A stretch of DNA of 24,000 bases from Candidatus Pelearchaeum maunauluense (GTDB lineage Archaea; Thermoproteota; Nitrososphaeria_A; Caldarchaeales; Caldarchaeaceae), in NCBI GenBank assembly GCA_030059675.1, contig JANVYQ010000013.1, positions 219 through 24,218 of the forward strand, read 5' to 3'. Both the position numbers and the translations under genes were made by a program. Each line of letters begins with the position of its first letter. Position 1 is the stretch's first letter. The notes below the pieces were generated by a model that worked only from the letters and a program-made list of their open reading frames with translations, was not told where the DNA came from and did no database searches. This document shows, piece by piece, positions 1 through 8,078 of this stretch.

Positions 1-144
1 GTAGAGCACGTAGGATATTGCGTCTAGTATTGAGGTCTTACCTGAGCCGTTCTCGCCCACTATCACCGTGAGCCCTTCTGTGAATTTCAGCTCGGTATCC
101 CTGTGTGAGATGAAGTTTCTCAGCTTCAGCTCGCGCACTATCAC
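1..144 (-). CDS. rad50: Rad50 ATPase, N-terminal fragment (continues beyond the left edge)
   Basis: Absent from the ORF track because it runs off the window. Minus-strand translation from GTG at 144..142 gives VIVRELKLRNFISHRDTELKFTEGLTVIVGENGSGKTSILDAISYVLY, the Rad50/SMC N-terminal Walker A region (GENGSGKTS). The GTG start overlaps the mre11 stop (GTGA), the usual mre11-rad50 coupling. Confidence 0.85.
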   Translation of the reverse strand, partial: MIVRELKLRNFISHRDTELKFTEGLTVIVGENGSGKTSILDAISYVLY

Positions 145-1271
145 TTGCTTGACACCTCACCAGCCTCGCTGAGTATCGTCTCCTCCAGCTCCTCCTCGCC
201 GCCCCTCTTGAAAGCGTCATAGATTCTCAGCGCAAGCTCAATATCACGCTCCCCAAACCCCCTACCCAGCATATATTCCCTGACTATTGAGCGAATATCA
301 AGCGAGCGCTGTATCTTCTCTAGACTAAACTCGCCTACTTCCTCATGAACCTCAAAACGGTGGTAGAGAACATCCCCGCCCAGCTTCTCCAGCAGTATGC
401 GCGCAACTTTACCAGCATCAACACCACGGCCTGAGACTGCTAGATGTACTATGGGCTTCTTGGCGAGGGTATGCGACCACCGCCTAACCTCATCCAACGC
501 GGCGGAAAGCTCCTCCTCTCTCGTCTCCACCATGCGCTGCGGCCTCACGCAGCTCAGCGTTATCTCGTGTAGTATGGGCTCTTCTTTGGATAGGTCGGCT
601 AAGTAGAAGCCCTTACCCATGCTCTCCCAGTCGGCTATCTCCGCGCGTGAGAGTATCTCCAGGGAGCCTGGGTATGCTGCGATGGTGTTGTGTATGTTTA
701 GTTGTTGGCGTCTGTGTTCGTGGCCTAGTGCGTAGTAGCTGTAGCCCTTGGGTAGTTTGGCGATTCCAGCCCGTCCCCCGCGCTCAAGGGGTATGTGCGC
801 TACTAGGACGCGCTTCTTCCCCGTCTCGTCAGCGGGACGCGCTATACTGTTAATGGCTTCCTCAAACATGCTGGGAGGAAGCTTATCAAGACCAGCAAAC
901 ACAACAGCGCCCGAGGATAAGGATAGCTCAACTCTCTTCTGGCCTATGTGGATTAAGTTATCAAACAACGCTGTCGGCGGGAGCTCGTCAAGCCTCCTTG
1001 GATAGTCGTGGTCTCCCAACACGTGGAGAACTTTAACGCCCTTCTCCGCGAGCTGTGATAGTATTTTCTTAGCCCATGTCAGGGCTTTTACAGGCGGCCT
1101 AGGCGTGTCAAATAGGTCTCCAGCTATTATCACCGCCTCAACATGCTCGCGTAGTGCGTGTTCCACAGCCTCGGCAAACGCTTCGTATATGTCGTTCTCC
1201 CTCTCACCCAGGCCGTACTGCCTATACCCAAGATGAACATCAGCCATATGTGCGATAAGCGCCATCCCCAA
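141..1271 (-). CDS. mre11: Mre11 nuclease (calcineurin-like phosphoesterase)
   Basis: 376 aa ORF with Mre11 phosphoesterase motifs: HMADVHLG, IIAGDLFD, VLGDHD, ALGHEH. It sits immediately upstream of rad50 and is translationally coupled to it. The true start may be M3 or M9. Confidence 0.9.
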   Translation of the reverse strand: MGMALIAHMADVHLGYRQYGLGERENDIYEAFAEAVEHALREHVEAVIIAGDLFDTPRPPVKALTWAKKILSQLAEKGVKVLHVLGDHDYPRRLDELPPTALFDNLIHIGQKRVELSLSSGAVVFAGLDKLPPSMFEEAINSIARPADETGKKRVLVAHIPLERGGRAGIAKLPKGYSYYALGHEHRRQQLNIHNTIAAYPGSLEILSRAEIADWESMGKGFYLADLSKEEPILHEITLSCVRPQRMVETREEELSAALDEVRRWSHTLAKKPIVHLAVSGRGVDAGKVARILLEKLGGDVLYHRFEVHEEVGEFSLEKIQRSLDIRSIVREYMLGRGFGERDIELALRIYDAFKRGGEEELEETILSEAGEVSSK

Positions 1272-1355
1272 TACCAGCGCGGCATGGCTGGATTTATCTT
1301 ACTCTCCCCATCGTGTAGCTTGATATAGCGCTCAAACTACCTGGGAGATACGGTA

Positions 1356-2957
1356 TTGAGCAACAGGGATATTACTACGGCGCTGGAGTTCCATGAGCTG
1401 ACCAAACACTCCTACACTAGCGTGAGGACTAGCACGCATAGGCTTGATTTGCATAATAGGCCATATCCGTTCAAGGTGTATCTTGAGGCTAAGCGCGTGG
1501 AGCTTCCCCGCGAGTTCCCCAAGCCCAGCCTCCCCACCTTGGAGGCGTTGGCTGGTAAGAACTTAAGAGAGAAGCGGGGAGAGCTGGATATAGCGGGGCT
1601 CGCTGAGATACTATACTTCTCCGCTGGAATAACACGCGTGCTTCGCAACCCCTTGGGCGAGTTCTATTTCAGAGCAGCGCCAGCAACAGGGGCTCTCTAC
1701 CCGATTGAGCTCTACATAGTTTCAGGCGACATCCCTGGGCTTAGAGCGGGTGTTTATCACTTTGACCCAGGCGAGTTTATCCTCAACACACTACGCGAAG
1801 GGGATTATCGCGATTATTTGAGTAGAGCGGCTGGCGAAGAGCAGGCAGTAAGAGATGCGCCCGCGACTGTTGTTATGACATCAATAGCATGGCGTAATGC
1901 TTGGAAGTATCAAGTCCGCTCTTACCGCCACTGGTTCTGGGACTCTGGAGTTATAGCGGCCAACATGCTAGCCGTCTCCGTCTCTGAGATGATAGGAGCG
2001 CGCGTGATTATGGGGTTTGTGGATGAGATGGTGAATAAGCTACTATGCGTCGGCGGCTCGGTTGAGGAGGCAGCTATAGCGCTCATACCGCTAGCCGCTT
2101 CAGCGGGGGAGAAGGCTCCCAAGAAGAGGAGACGCGTATCCCAGGAGGAGCATAAGACGATGCCGCTCTCGCGGTACATCATAAACTATCCAGCTATATG
2201 GCAGATGCATAAGGTATCGTCGCTAACCTCTGTTGAGGAGGTCAAGGAATGGAGGGGGCAGAGAGTAGAGCAGGTTGAAGATAATTATGAGGGAGAGACC
2301 TATAAGCTTGAGGGCTGGGATGATGTTTCGTCCCCTCCTCTTTGGGAGACTATACTTAAACGCGGCTCCACGCGGAGGTTCGCTCAAAAGCCAATAAGCG
2401 AGAAACACCTAGCCACTATACTTGGATACTCAACACGCGGCCTGGATGCCGATTTCCTAAATAGTGGAGCAAGCCTCATAGATGTTTACCTCATAGCCTC
2501 CTCGGTTGACGGCATACCAGCGGGGGCTTACTACTACGATAGGAAAAACAGCACGCTACTCCTACTCAAGCGCGGGGCGTTTAGAAGGATAGCTGGGTAT
2601 CTCTGTCTTGAGCAGAAGCTGGGCGAGGACGCCAGTGTGGTCTTCTTCCTCATGACAAGGCTTAATCAAGTCCTACGTAGACTGGGTAATCGCGGCTATA
2701 GGGCATGCCAATTTGAGGCTGGCGTGGTCGCTGGCAGGATGTACCTGGCGGCATACGCGTTAGGTTTGGGAGCTACTGGGCTGACTTTCTACGATGACGA
2801 GATTACGGAGTTCCTCTCACCCCATGCAAGAGAGAAGAGTAACATGCTGACTGTTGCTGTTGGCTTTCCCGCGTATAAGGCTAGGAGCGGAGAGATTCTG
2901 CTGGGCGTCGTGAAGCATGAGAGAAGGATGGAATACCCGCAGATAGGGAGGGGCTAG
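1356..2957 (+). CDS. Tandem SagB/ThcOx-type dehydrogenase (two nitroreductase-fold domains)
   Basis: 533 aa with a TTG start. The N-terminus EFHELTKHS plus FRAAPATGALYPIELYIV and GVYHFDP is the SagB-type dehydrogenase signature. The second half starts like a classical nitroreductase (LWETILKRGSTRRFAQKPIS) and repeats the SagB pattern (GAYYYD ... YRACQFEAGVVAGRMYLAAYALGLGATG). A lysine/arginine-rich linker (KAPKKRRRVSQEE) separates the halves. Confidence 0.7.
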   Translation: MSNRDITTALEFHELTKHSYTSVRTSTHRLDLHNRPYPFKVYLEAKRVELPREFPKPSLPTLEALAGKNLREKRGELDIAGLAEILYFSAGITRVLRNPLGEFYFRAAPATGALYPIELYIVSGDIPGLRAGVYHFDPGEFILNTLREGDYRDYLSRAAGEEQAVRDAPATVVMTSIAWRNAWKYQVRSYRHWFWDSGVIAANMLAVSVSEMIGARVIMGFVDEMVNKLLCVGGSVEEAAIALIPLAASAGEKAPKKRRRVSQEEHKTMPLSRYIINYPAIWQMHKVSSLTSVEEVKEWRGQRVEQVEDNYEGETYKLEGWDDVSSPPLWETILKRGSTRRFAQKPISEKHLATILGYSTRGLDADFLNSGASLIDVYLIASSVDGIPAGAYYYDRKNSTLLLLKRGAFRRIAGYLCLEQKLGEDASVVFFLMTRLNQVLRRLGNRGYRACQFEAGVVAGRMYLAAYALGLGATGLTFYDDEITEFLSPHAREKSNMLTVAVGFPAYKARSGEILLGVVKHERRMEYPQIGRG

Positions 2958-4147
2958 GACTGAGCCAGCTCCCTAGCCAAGATATCAACCCCGTCATCGA
3001 CGGTGCAGCCGAGAGCGCGTAGTGAGCCCGCTAGCGCAGCGATTGTGGGCAGGAGATAACGTGCACTGGCCGTAACGCCCATGTGGCCTATTCTTATCAC
3101 GCGCTTCTCCGAGTCGTTTATCCCGCCAGTTATCATTATTCGGTAGCGCTCAAGCATGAGCTTTACTAGTTCCTCTGCCTTTCCAGCAGCTTCGCGCGGT
3201 AGTTTGAGGGCTGTTACGGTTGGTGATGCGAATTCTTCCTTGGGCAGTATCTCCAGCCCCATGCTCCTCACAGCTTTTCTAAACGCGCGCGCAACCCTTT
3301 TGTGCCGCGTATAACGTTTTTCCAAGCCCTCCTCCACAGCGGCGCGCGAAGCCTCGCGTAAAGCTAGGACTGAGTAGGTATTTACCGTTGTTGGGTATGG
3401 ATGTCCATAGTCGCCCCACATGGAGATATAGTTGCGCCAGACCTCAAGGTTGGTGAACCAGCTGCGCGGCTTCTCGCGTCTCCTCTCAAAGGCTTTCAGA
3501 ACCTCGCCGCTTATAGCAACTGGAACCGCGCCAGGCATGGCTGCTAGACACTTATTCGGATAGCCCACGCAGAAGTCTATACCCCATCCATCCACATCTA
3601 TATTCACACCACCGTAGGACGAGATAGCATCAACCAGAGTTAATACTCCATGCCTCCGCGCTATGCGCACATACTCCTCTACTGGGCTCAGAGTCGCTGT
3701 TGATGTTTCGTTATGAACTAACAAGACCGCCTTGACTTCCTTATGATTTTCTAGAGTATTTTCAAGCTCGTCAGGGCTTACTACGGAGCCGATGTCCGAT
3801 TTGATTGTGATAACGTTAGCACCACAATACCTAGCCACCTCGCCGAACCTATCTCCAAAGAACCCGCTGCTCACGCAGATAACAGTATCACCAGGCTCAA
3901 CCACACTCGCTATACCCAGCTCCAGCGCGAGCGTCCCAGGGCCTGGAACAATTATTACATCACTCTTCTCCGTGTTGAATATCTTTCTAGATAGCTCTAT
4001 GGTCTCGTCGTAGATGGATTTCCACTCCCCGCCATAGTGGGCGTGAGGAGGAGAGCAGAGCACGCGCTGCACATCTGGATGGAGTTCTGTTGGCCCTGGT
4101 ATCATCAGTATCCGCCTATCCATGAAGTAGCGCCATTCCTCGGCCAA
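2954..4147 (-). CDS. Class V PLP-dependent aminotransferase (serine-pyruvate/alanine-glyoxylate type)
   Basis: 397 aa. MIPGPTELHPDVQRVL at the N-terminus, overall length and the GYPNKCLAAMPG region (the position of the PLP lysine) fit the AGXT/class V family. The ORF-track start is TTG at 4147; ATG at 4123 (MDRRILMIPGPTE) is the more likely real start. Confidence 0.8.
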   Translation of the reverse strand: MAEEWRYFMDRRILMIPGPTELHPDVQRVLCSPPHAHYGGEWKSIYDETIELSRKIFNTEKSDVIIVPGPGTLALELGIASVVEPGDTVICVSSGFFGDRFGEVARYCGANVITIKSDIGSVVSPDELENTLENHKEVKAVLLVHNETSTATLSPVEEYVRIARRHGVLTLVDAISSYGGVNIDVDGWGIDFCVGYPNKCLAAMPGAVPVAISGEVLKAFERRREKPRSWFTNLEVWRNYISMWGDYGHPYPTTVNTYSVLALREASRAAVEEGLEKRYTRHKRVARAFRKAVRSMGLEILPKEEFASPTVTALKLPREAAGKAEELVKLMLERYRIMITGGINDSEKRVIRIGHMGVTASARYLLPTIAALAGSLRALGCTVDDGVDILARELAQS

Positions 4148-4179
4148 TCTAATACCCCGCCTCCCTGCTTCGTTAGCAT

Positions 4180-4189
4180 CTCTAAATAA
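4180..4189 (-). promoter_or_regulatory. Candidate TATA box for the aminotransferase gene
   Basis: The minus strand reads TTATTTAGAG, about 35-60 nt upstream of the candidate start codons (4147 TTG, 4123 ATG). Confidence 0.35.
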
Positions 4190-4346
4190 CCGTTAATCGC
4201 CGATTATACAACGCTTCGCAGATTATCTCCTTTAAGCATCTCCGCCGACTATCGTTAAGCATATTTAGTTGATTATGCGTCTTGGTCATGAGATATAGTA
4301 AAAACCTCACGCGGCGTAATAGCAAATTAAGTTGGGCGGCTCTATG

Positions 4347-4751
4347 TTAGGGAGCTGGCGCGCTGTCTATCGCGTCGTTGGCCAGCTTATCTGCTCCCCG
4401 ATTATCCTCCCTCCCCACGTGGATTATCTCAAAACTGTCAAACTCGGAAGCCATCTTGGAGGCCTTCTCAAACAGCTCTCTTATGCGCTCGTTCCTCACA
4501 CGATACTCCCCGCGCATCTGCTTAACCAGCAACTCGCTATCAGAATGCACCACAACATCCCTAACACCCAGCTTATAAACCGCCTCCAGCGCCATGATTA
4601 GAGCATGATACTCGGCTTCATTATTCGTCTTCACGCCCAGATACTTACTTATCCTATGCTCGTCGTCGTTGAGATAGATTATAACGCCAGCTCCCGCTGG
4701 GCCTGGATTACCACGCGCAGCCCCGTCTATGTAGATGTATGCTTTCTTCAA
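4347..4751 (-). CDS. rnhA: Ribonuclease HI (type 1 RNase H)
   Basis: IYIDGAARGNPGPAGAGVII, NNEAEYHALIMALE, HSDSELLVKQ and REDNRGADKLAN carry the RNase HI D-E-D-D catalytic pattern. The ORF track starts at TTG 4790, overlapping L10e. I prefer TTG at 4751, giving (M)KKAYIYIDGAARGN, a typical RNase HI N-terminus, 8 nt after the L10e stop. Confidence 0.85.
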   Translation of the reverse strand: MKKAYIYIDGAARGNPGPAGAGVIIYLNDDEHRISKYLGVKTNNEAEYHALIMALEAVYKLGVRDVVVHSDSELLVKQMRGEYRVRNERIRELFEKASKMASEFDSFEIIHVGREDNRGADKLANDAIDSAPAP

Positions 4752-4758
4752 GCCTACA

Positions 4759-5265
4759 TTACTGAGCCTTGGCGAGCACCTGGCGTTCAACTATGTAATA
4801 CTTCTTCGGGAGCTTCTTTGCGGCCAGCTCAAGAGCCTCCCTAGCGCGTTGAACGCCGTCGGCATATACTAGAACTCTGAAGACAGGCCGACCTGGCTCC
4901 ACGCGCGCTGCCCTCCCTACTGGCTTGCCGAAGGCGCGGCGCATACCCTCCTGAAGCCTATCCGCGTGAGCTCCGAATATCATCTTATTCTCGCGCAGGA
5001 TATGATGCGGATGCGCCTTAAGCTCTGCGAAGAAGTTCTCACCCAGCTTATCCGTCAGGAACTTGTTAAGCGTAATCCTAGCAGACTCTAGGGCAACATC
5101 CCTAATCTGGAGGCTTGTCTCTGGCATTAGGAGGAGCTCATGCGTGTAATCCTCGCGGTACGTCCCTGCGGAGAACTTTGTTATCCTGATGGGTGGTGGT
5201 CCGTGGATATACTCGTGCCTAGTGTAGGGCATCCCTTCTATTGCGCGGTAGTTCTTGGCCTTCAA
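4759..5265 (-). CDS. rpl10e: Ribosomal protein L10e (uL16)
   Basis: 168 aa. KAKNYRAIEGMPYTRHEYIHGPPPIRITKF matches the L10e N-terminal consensus. TTG start preceded by GGTGAG. Confidence 0.9.
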   Translation of the reverse strand: MKAKNYRAIEGMPYTRHEYIHGPPPIRITKFSAGTYREDYTHELLLMPETSLQIRDVALESARITLNKFLTDKLGENFFAELKAHPHHILRENKMIFGAHADRLQEGMRRAFGKPVGRAARVEPGRPVFRVLVYADGVQRAREALELAAKKLPKKYYIVERQVLAKAQ

Positions 5266-5310
5266 CGCCTTCTCACCTCACCAGCCTAACCTACCCCATG
5301 GCACCCACAA

Positions 5311-5928
5311 TTAAGGATTTAGCTTATGATGCCTCTCCCCCGTAGGCGCTGGCTCGCGGACGAATATTCGGTATTTCTCCTCCTTATTCATCAGCTCGTC
5401 CAGTATTCTCTTGCTTATTGAGCCTGGGGGGTCTAGTAGCCCTACCCTGTTCTTAACGTCCTCGTAGCTCTCAAAGGGCTTTGCATCCCGTTCTTCCAGT
5501 AGTTTTTGGAGCATCTTCTTCCCAACCCCTGGTATTAGCTCTAGCGCATGTAGCCTGGGCGTTAGTGGGTTGCTCTTGTTGAAGAAATCCACGAAGCGCT
5601 GCTCGTTCTCGTTTACGACCCGCTGTATCGTTGCTTCTAGGTTTAGCCGCGCCGTCTCGGTGAGGTCCTCAATACCTATGCGCCTGACGATGCGTATAAG
5701 CTCGCGGGGGGCGTCTCTTCCTATGTATATGCGCATCCCTATCTTGGGCTTGTATCTCTCGGAGACCGCAGCCTCCAAGAGTGTGAAGTACTCCTCACCA
5801 AGGAGCTGGACGATAAACTCGCTCTTTCCTATAGCGTGGTGGGTTGCCAGGCGCCTTCTCTGGGCTGCGGGAAAAATGTCAAGCACATAAGCATAATCCT
5901 CGTATCGCTTCGGCTTTGTCTTCTGCAT
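5311..5928 (-). CDS. DUF655-family protein (OB/helix-hairpin-helix nucleic-acid-binding protein conserved next to rpoF and L21e)
   Basis: 205 aa. YEDYAYVLDIFP at the N-terminus and a C-terminal HhH-like LELIPGVGKKMLQKLLEER. Its position downstream of L21e-RpoF is the conserved archaeal neighbourhood for this family. Confidence 0.7.
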   Translation of the reverse strand: MQKTKPKRYEDYAYVLDIFPAAQRRRLATHHAIGKSEFIVQLLGEEYFTLLEAAVSERYKPKIGMRIYIGRDAPRELIRIVRRIGIEDLTETARLNLEATIQRVVNENEQRFVDFFNKSNPLTPRLHALELIPGVGKKMLQKLLEERDAKPFESYEDVKNRVGLLDPPGSISKRILDELMNKEEKYRIFVREPAPTGERHHKLNP

Positions 5929-5968
5929 GGGATTTCACGTCGCAGCCCATAATGAGCCAAACAGGCCT

Positions 5969-6349
5969 TTACTCCTTAAGCTCGCCGTCAAGCGCCTGCT
6001 TGACCAAGCTCACGATACCCTGCATCTTCTCCTCCGAGAATAGGAGGAACGAGACTAGGCGCTTGTATCCGCTTAGGATTGCCCGAAGCTCCTCCACGCT
6101 TGTCGGGCATGAGTCGGCAACCTGCACGGCCTCCCCGCGTGTGAGGCCGTAGCTTGAGGGGTCCATGAGCTTCTTGATGAGGAGCTCCGCCTGGTCCGCG
6201 CGTAGCCTTGAGTATTTCCTGACGTAGCTTAGGGTGCGCATCTGTAGGGGATTTAGGGCTGTCTCATGCTCAGCCAATATACGCTCAACTACCGCAATGG
6301 GAACCTCGGTCTTAGATAGGATTTTCCGCGCCACTACGCGCTCACCCAT
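5969..6349 (-). CDS. rpoF: RNA polymerase subunit Rpo4 (RpoF)
   Basis: 126 aa. Size, helical character and conserved position directly after L21e (16 nt overlap) and before DUF655. The call rests mostly on synteny. Confidence 0.65.
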   Translation of the reverse strand: MGERVVARKILSKTEVPIAVVERILAEHETALNPLQMRTLSYVRKYSRLRADQAELLIKKLMDPSSYGLTRGEAVQVADSCPTSVEELRAILSGYKRLVSFLLFSEEKMQGIVSLVKQALDGELKE

Positions 6350-6630
6350 GGCTTGAGATGGTCTGGGAGAACAGAAATCTCCTTTGGCTTATCTCCCTGC
6401 ATCACCCTAACCACGTAACCATGCCCCCTCTTCTCCACGACAGTGCCTATCTTACCATGATAACGGCGGTGGGGCATACCCTTCTGGACACTTGGCTCTA
6501 TAACCACCAGAACCTTATCTCCTGGTTTATACTCGGTTAGGTAGATGTCAGGCCGTGGCCCGCTCCGCGCGCCGCGCGGCCTGGTTGTAAGACTCCTAGT
6601 CTTCCTCCTAAATCCCCTAGACCTTGCCAA
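6334..6630 (-). CDS. rpl21e: Ribosomal protein L21e
   Basis: 98 aa. ARSRGFRRKTRS ... YKPGDKVLVVIEPSVQKGMPHRRYHGKIGTVV is the L21e signature. TTG start with GGTGA 8 nt upstream. Confidence 0.9.
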   Translation of the reverse strand: MARSRGFRRKTRSLTTRPRGARSGPRPDIYLTEYKPGDKVLVVIEPSVQKGMPHRRYHGKIGTVVEKRGHGYVVRVMQGDKPKEISVLPDHLKPWVSA

Positions 6631-6672
6631 CCGCCTTCACCAATCTCTGGTAATCTTAGTGCCTCTAGCCCC

Positions 6673-6680
6673 TATATAAA
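6673..6680 (-). promoter_or_regulatory. TATA box of the L21e-rpoF-DUF655-L10e-RNase HI operon
   Basis: The minus strand reads TTTATATA, centred about 46 nt upstream of the L21e start codon. This fits a transcription start about 25 nt downstream and a short leader carrying a Shine-Dalgarno sequence. Confidence 0.55.
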
Positions 6681-6713
6681 GGAGGATTACGCACGGCTCT
6701 GGCTTATAGCTCT

Positions 6714-8054
6714 TTAGGCCTCCACGACCACGACTGAGAGGTTGATCTTCTGAGGCCTCGCTCCCAGGGCTTCGGCTATGTTTGGCTTTGTCCTTCCTCC
6801 GTCGCCGTCTATCAGCTCCTTTATATACATCCCGCCCTGCGCCCTAATCGTAAAGACCACCTCGCGGGCGCTCCTCTGCTCTGCGCGGAGCTCGTATAGC
6901 GTCTTGTGCCGTAGCTTGTCTGCGCGCCGCGCCAGCACGCGTGTTGGTGTTCTCTGCTCTATCACGATATTCCTAAAACGCTCCTCAACCTCGCGGAGCT
7001 TCCCGCCATCTATATCGCTGTCAAACTCAACCTCAGCGACGTAGGTCTTTGAAGCGTGTGGGGACATGGCCTTAAGCTCCCTCACCTCCTTACGCGATGC
7101 CCTCCTAAGGCCGCGCACCTCAACAGCGCCGGCCGCGTGCTCGTTAATTAGGCGCTCAAGCTCGCTGAAGTCCAGAAGCCTTCTGCGCGGGCTTTTCAGC
7201 TCCAATACGAATGGCCTCCCAGTCCCCTCTACAAGCGCATCCACATCCTCGCGCCCCGCCGCGTGGAATTTGTAATCCAGGGCCTCGGCGTAGCTTGTTG
7301 CGGGTATTCCTATGAGCTCGCTCACGCTTGTCTCATATTCCTTGCCCGTATAGTTGCATGATGGGCATCCACGTCCCCAGCATCTACGGCAGTGCCAAAC
7401 GGCCTGGGGTAGGTCGCGCCTATGTTTTAGGTAAGAGCCGCGTATGAATAGTGGGTTGGACTTAATCTCAAACCTGTCGTTGAAGAAGTCTATTATCACG
7501 GTGATGTCTGGCATGTCGTAGCTGACTTTAGCGTTGGTGGAGGATTGGATTATCTTACCCACCTCGCGGGTTATGTCGTTCTTTATGTCCTCGCCGCTTG
7601 TTATGCCGAACTCGGAGCGTATTCGGTCTTCGCGTTCCCTTACGTCAGGCGGTATAGACGCGCCCAGCAGGAATGAGCCAAACTCATACTCGCGTAGCTC
7701 TTCTAGTATTTTCTCTGCAAGCTTGTTGAATCTCTCCTCGCTTAGTAGGCCGCCGCAGATATGGCAGGGCTCCGTCTCCACCTTCACCCCCTTTCTCCTC
7801 TCTAGGATGAGCTGAGCCTGGCGCAGGCCGCCTTTTTCGGCCAGGATTCTCAGCTCATCAAAACCCCGTTCATCACCCAGCGAGGCCGAGGCATCAGCCT
7901 CCATCGCGAGAACAGTCTTTAGAGCCGAGCCGCGCTGTTTATTACTCATCCCCTGAGCCAGGCGTGCAAACTGCCGCCCCAAGCAATAGTCGCAGAGCGG
8001 ATACTTGGCAAGCAGCTTGAGCGTTTTCTCCAATAAACGCGTCTGCTCAAACAT
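6714..8054 (-). CDS. pus10: tRNA pseudouridine(54/55) synthase Pus10
   Basis: 446 aa. N-terminal zinc motif LCDYCLGRQFARL plus CHICGG, THUMP-like middle region and archaeal Pus10 length. Confidence 0.8.
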   Translation of the reverse strand: MFEQTRLLEKTLKLLAKYPLCDYCLGRQFARLAQGMSNKQRGSALKTVLAMEADASASLGDERGFDELRILAEKGGLRQAQLILERRKGVKVETEPCHICGGLLSEERFNKLAEKILEELREYEFGSFLLGASIPPDVREREDRIRSEFGITSGEDIKNDITREVGKIIQSSTNAKVSYDMPDITVIIDFFNDRFEIKSNPLFIRGSYLKHRRDLPQAVWHCRRCWGRGCPSCNYTGKEYETSVSELIGIPATSYAEALDYKFHAAGREDVDALVEGTGRPFVLELKSPRRRLLDFSELERLINEHAAGAVEVRGLRRASRKEVRELKAMSPHASKTYVAEVEFDSDIDGGKLREVEERFRNIVIEQRTPTRVLARRADKLRHKTLYELRAEQRSAREVVFTIRAQGGMYIKELIDGDGGRTKPNIAEALGARPQKINLSVVVVEA

Positions 8055-8078
8055 TAGAGACCACCAACGATTAGCGTG

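Noticed and set aside
38-220. 60-aa minus-strand ORF spanning the mre11/rad50 junction.
   Set aside because: It is an arginine-rich alternative frame overlapping two well-supported genes, so it is a frame shadow.
2954-2957. A shared CTAG tetranucleotide provides the TAG stop for both convergent genes (SagB-like on plus, aminotransferase on minus).
   Set aside because: The observation is real, but it is a trivial consequence of a palindromic stop in a compact genome and not evidence of a functional element.
4182-4346. A 54-codon stretch without stops, directly in frame after the RNase HI TAA stop, including a possible 35-47-aa ORF (…MTKTHNQLNMLNDSRRRCLKEIICEALYNRRLTVI).
   Set aside because: It has no recognisable family and overlaps the aminotransferase promoter and repeat region. 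A length this short can arise by chance. It remains a low-priority candidate for expression data.
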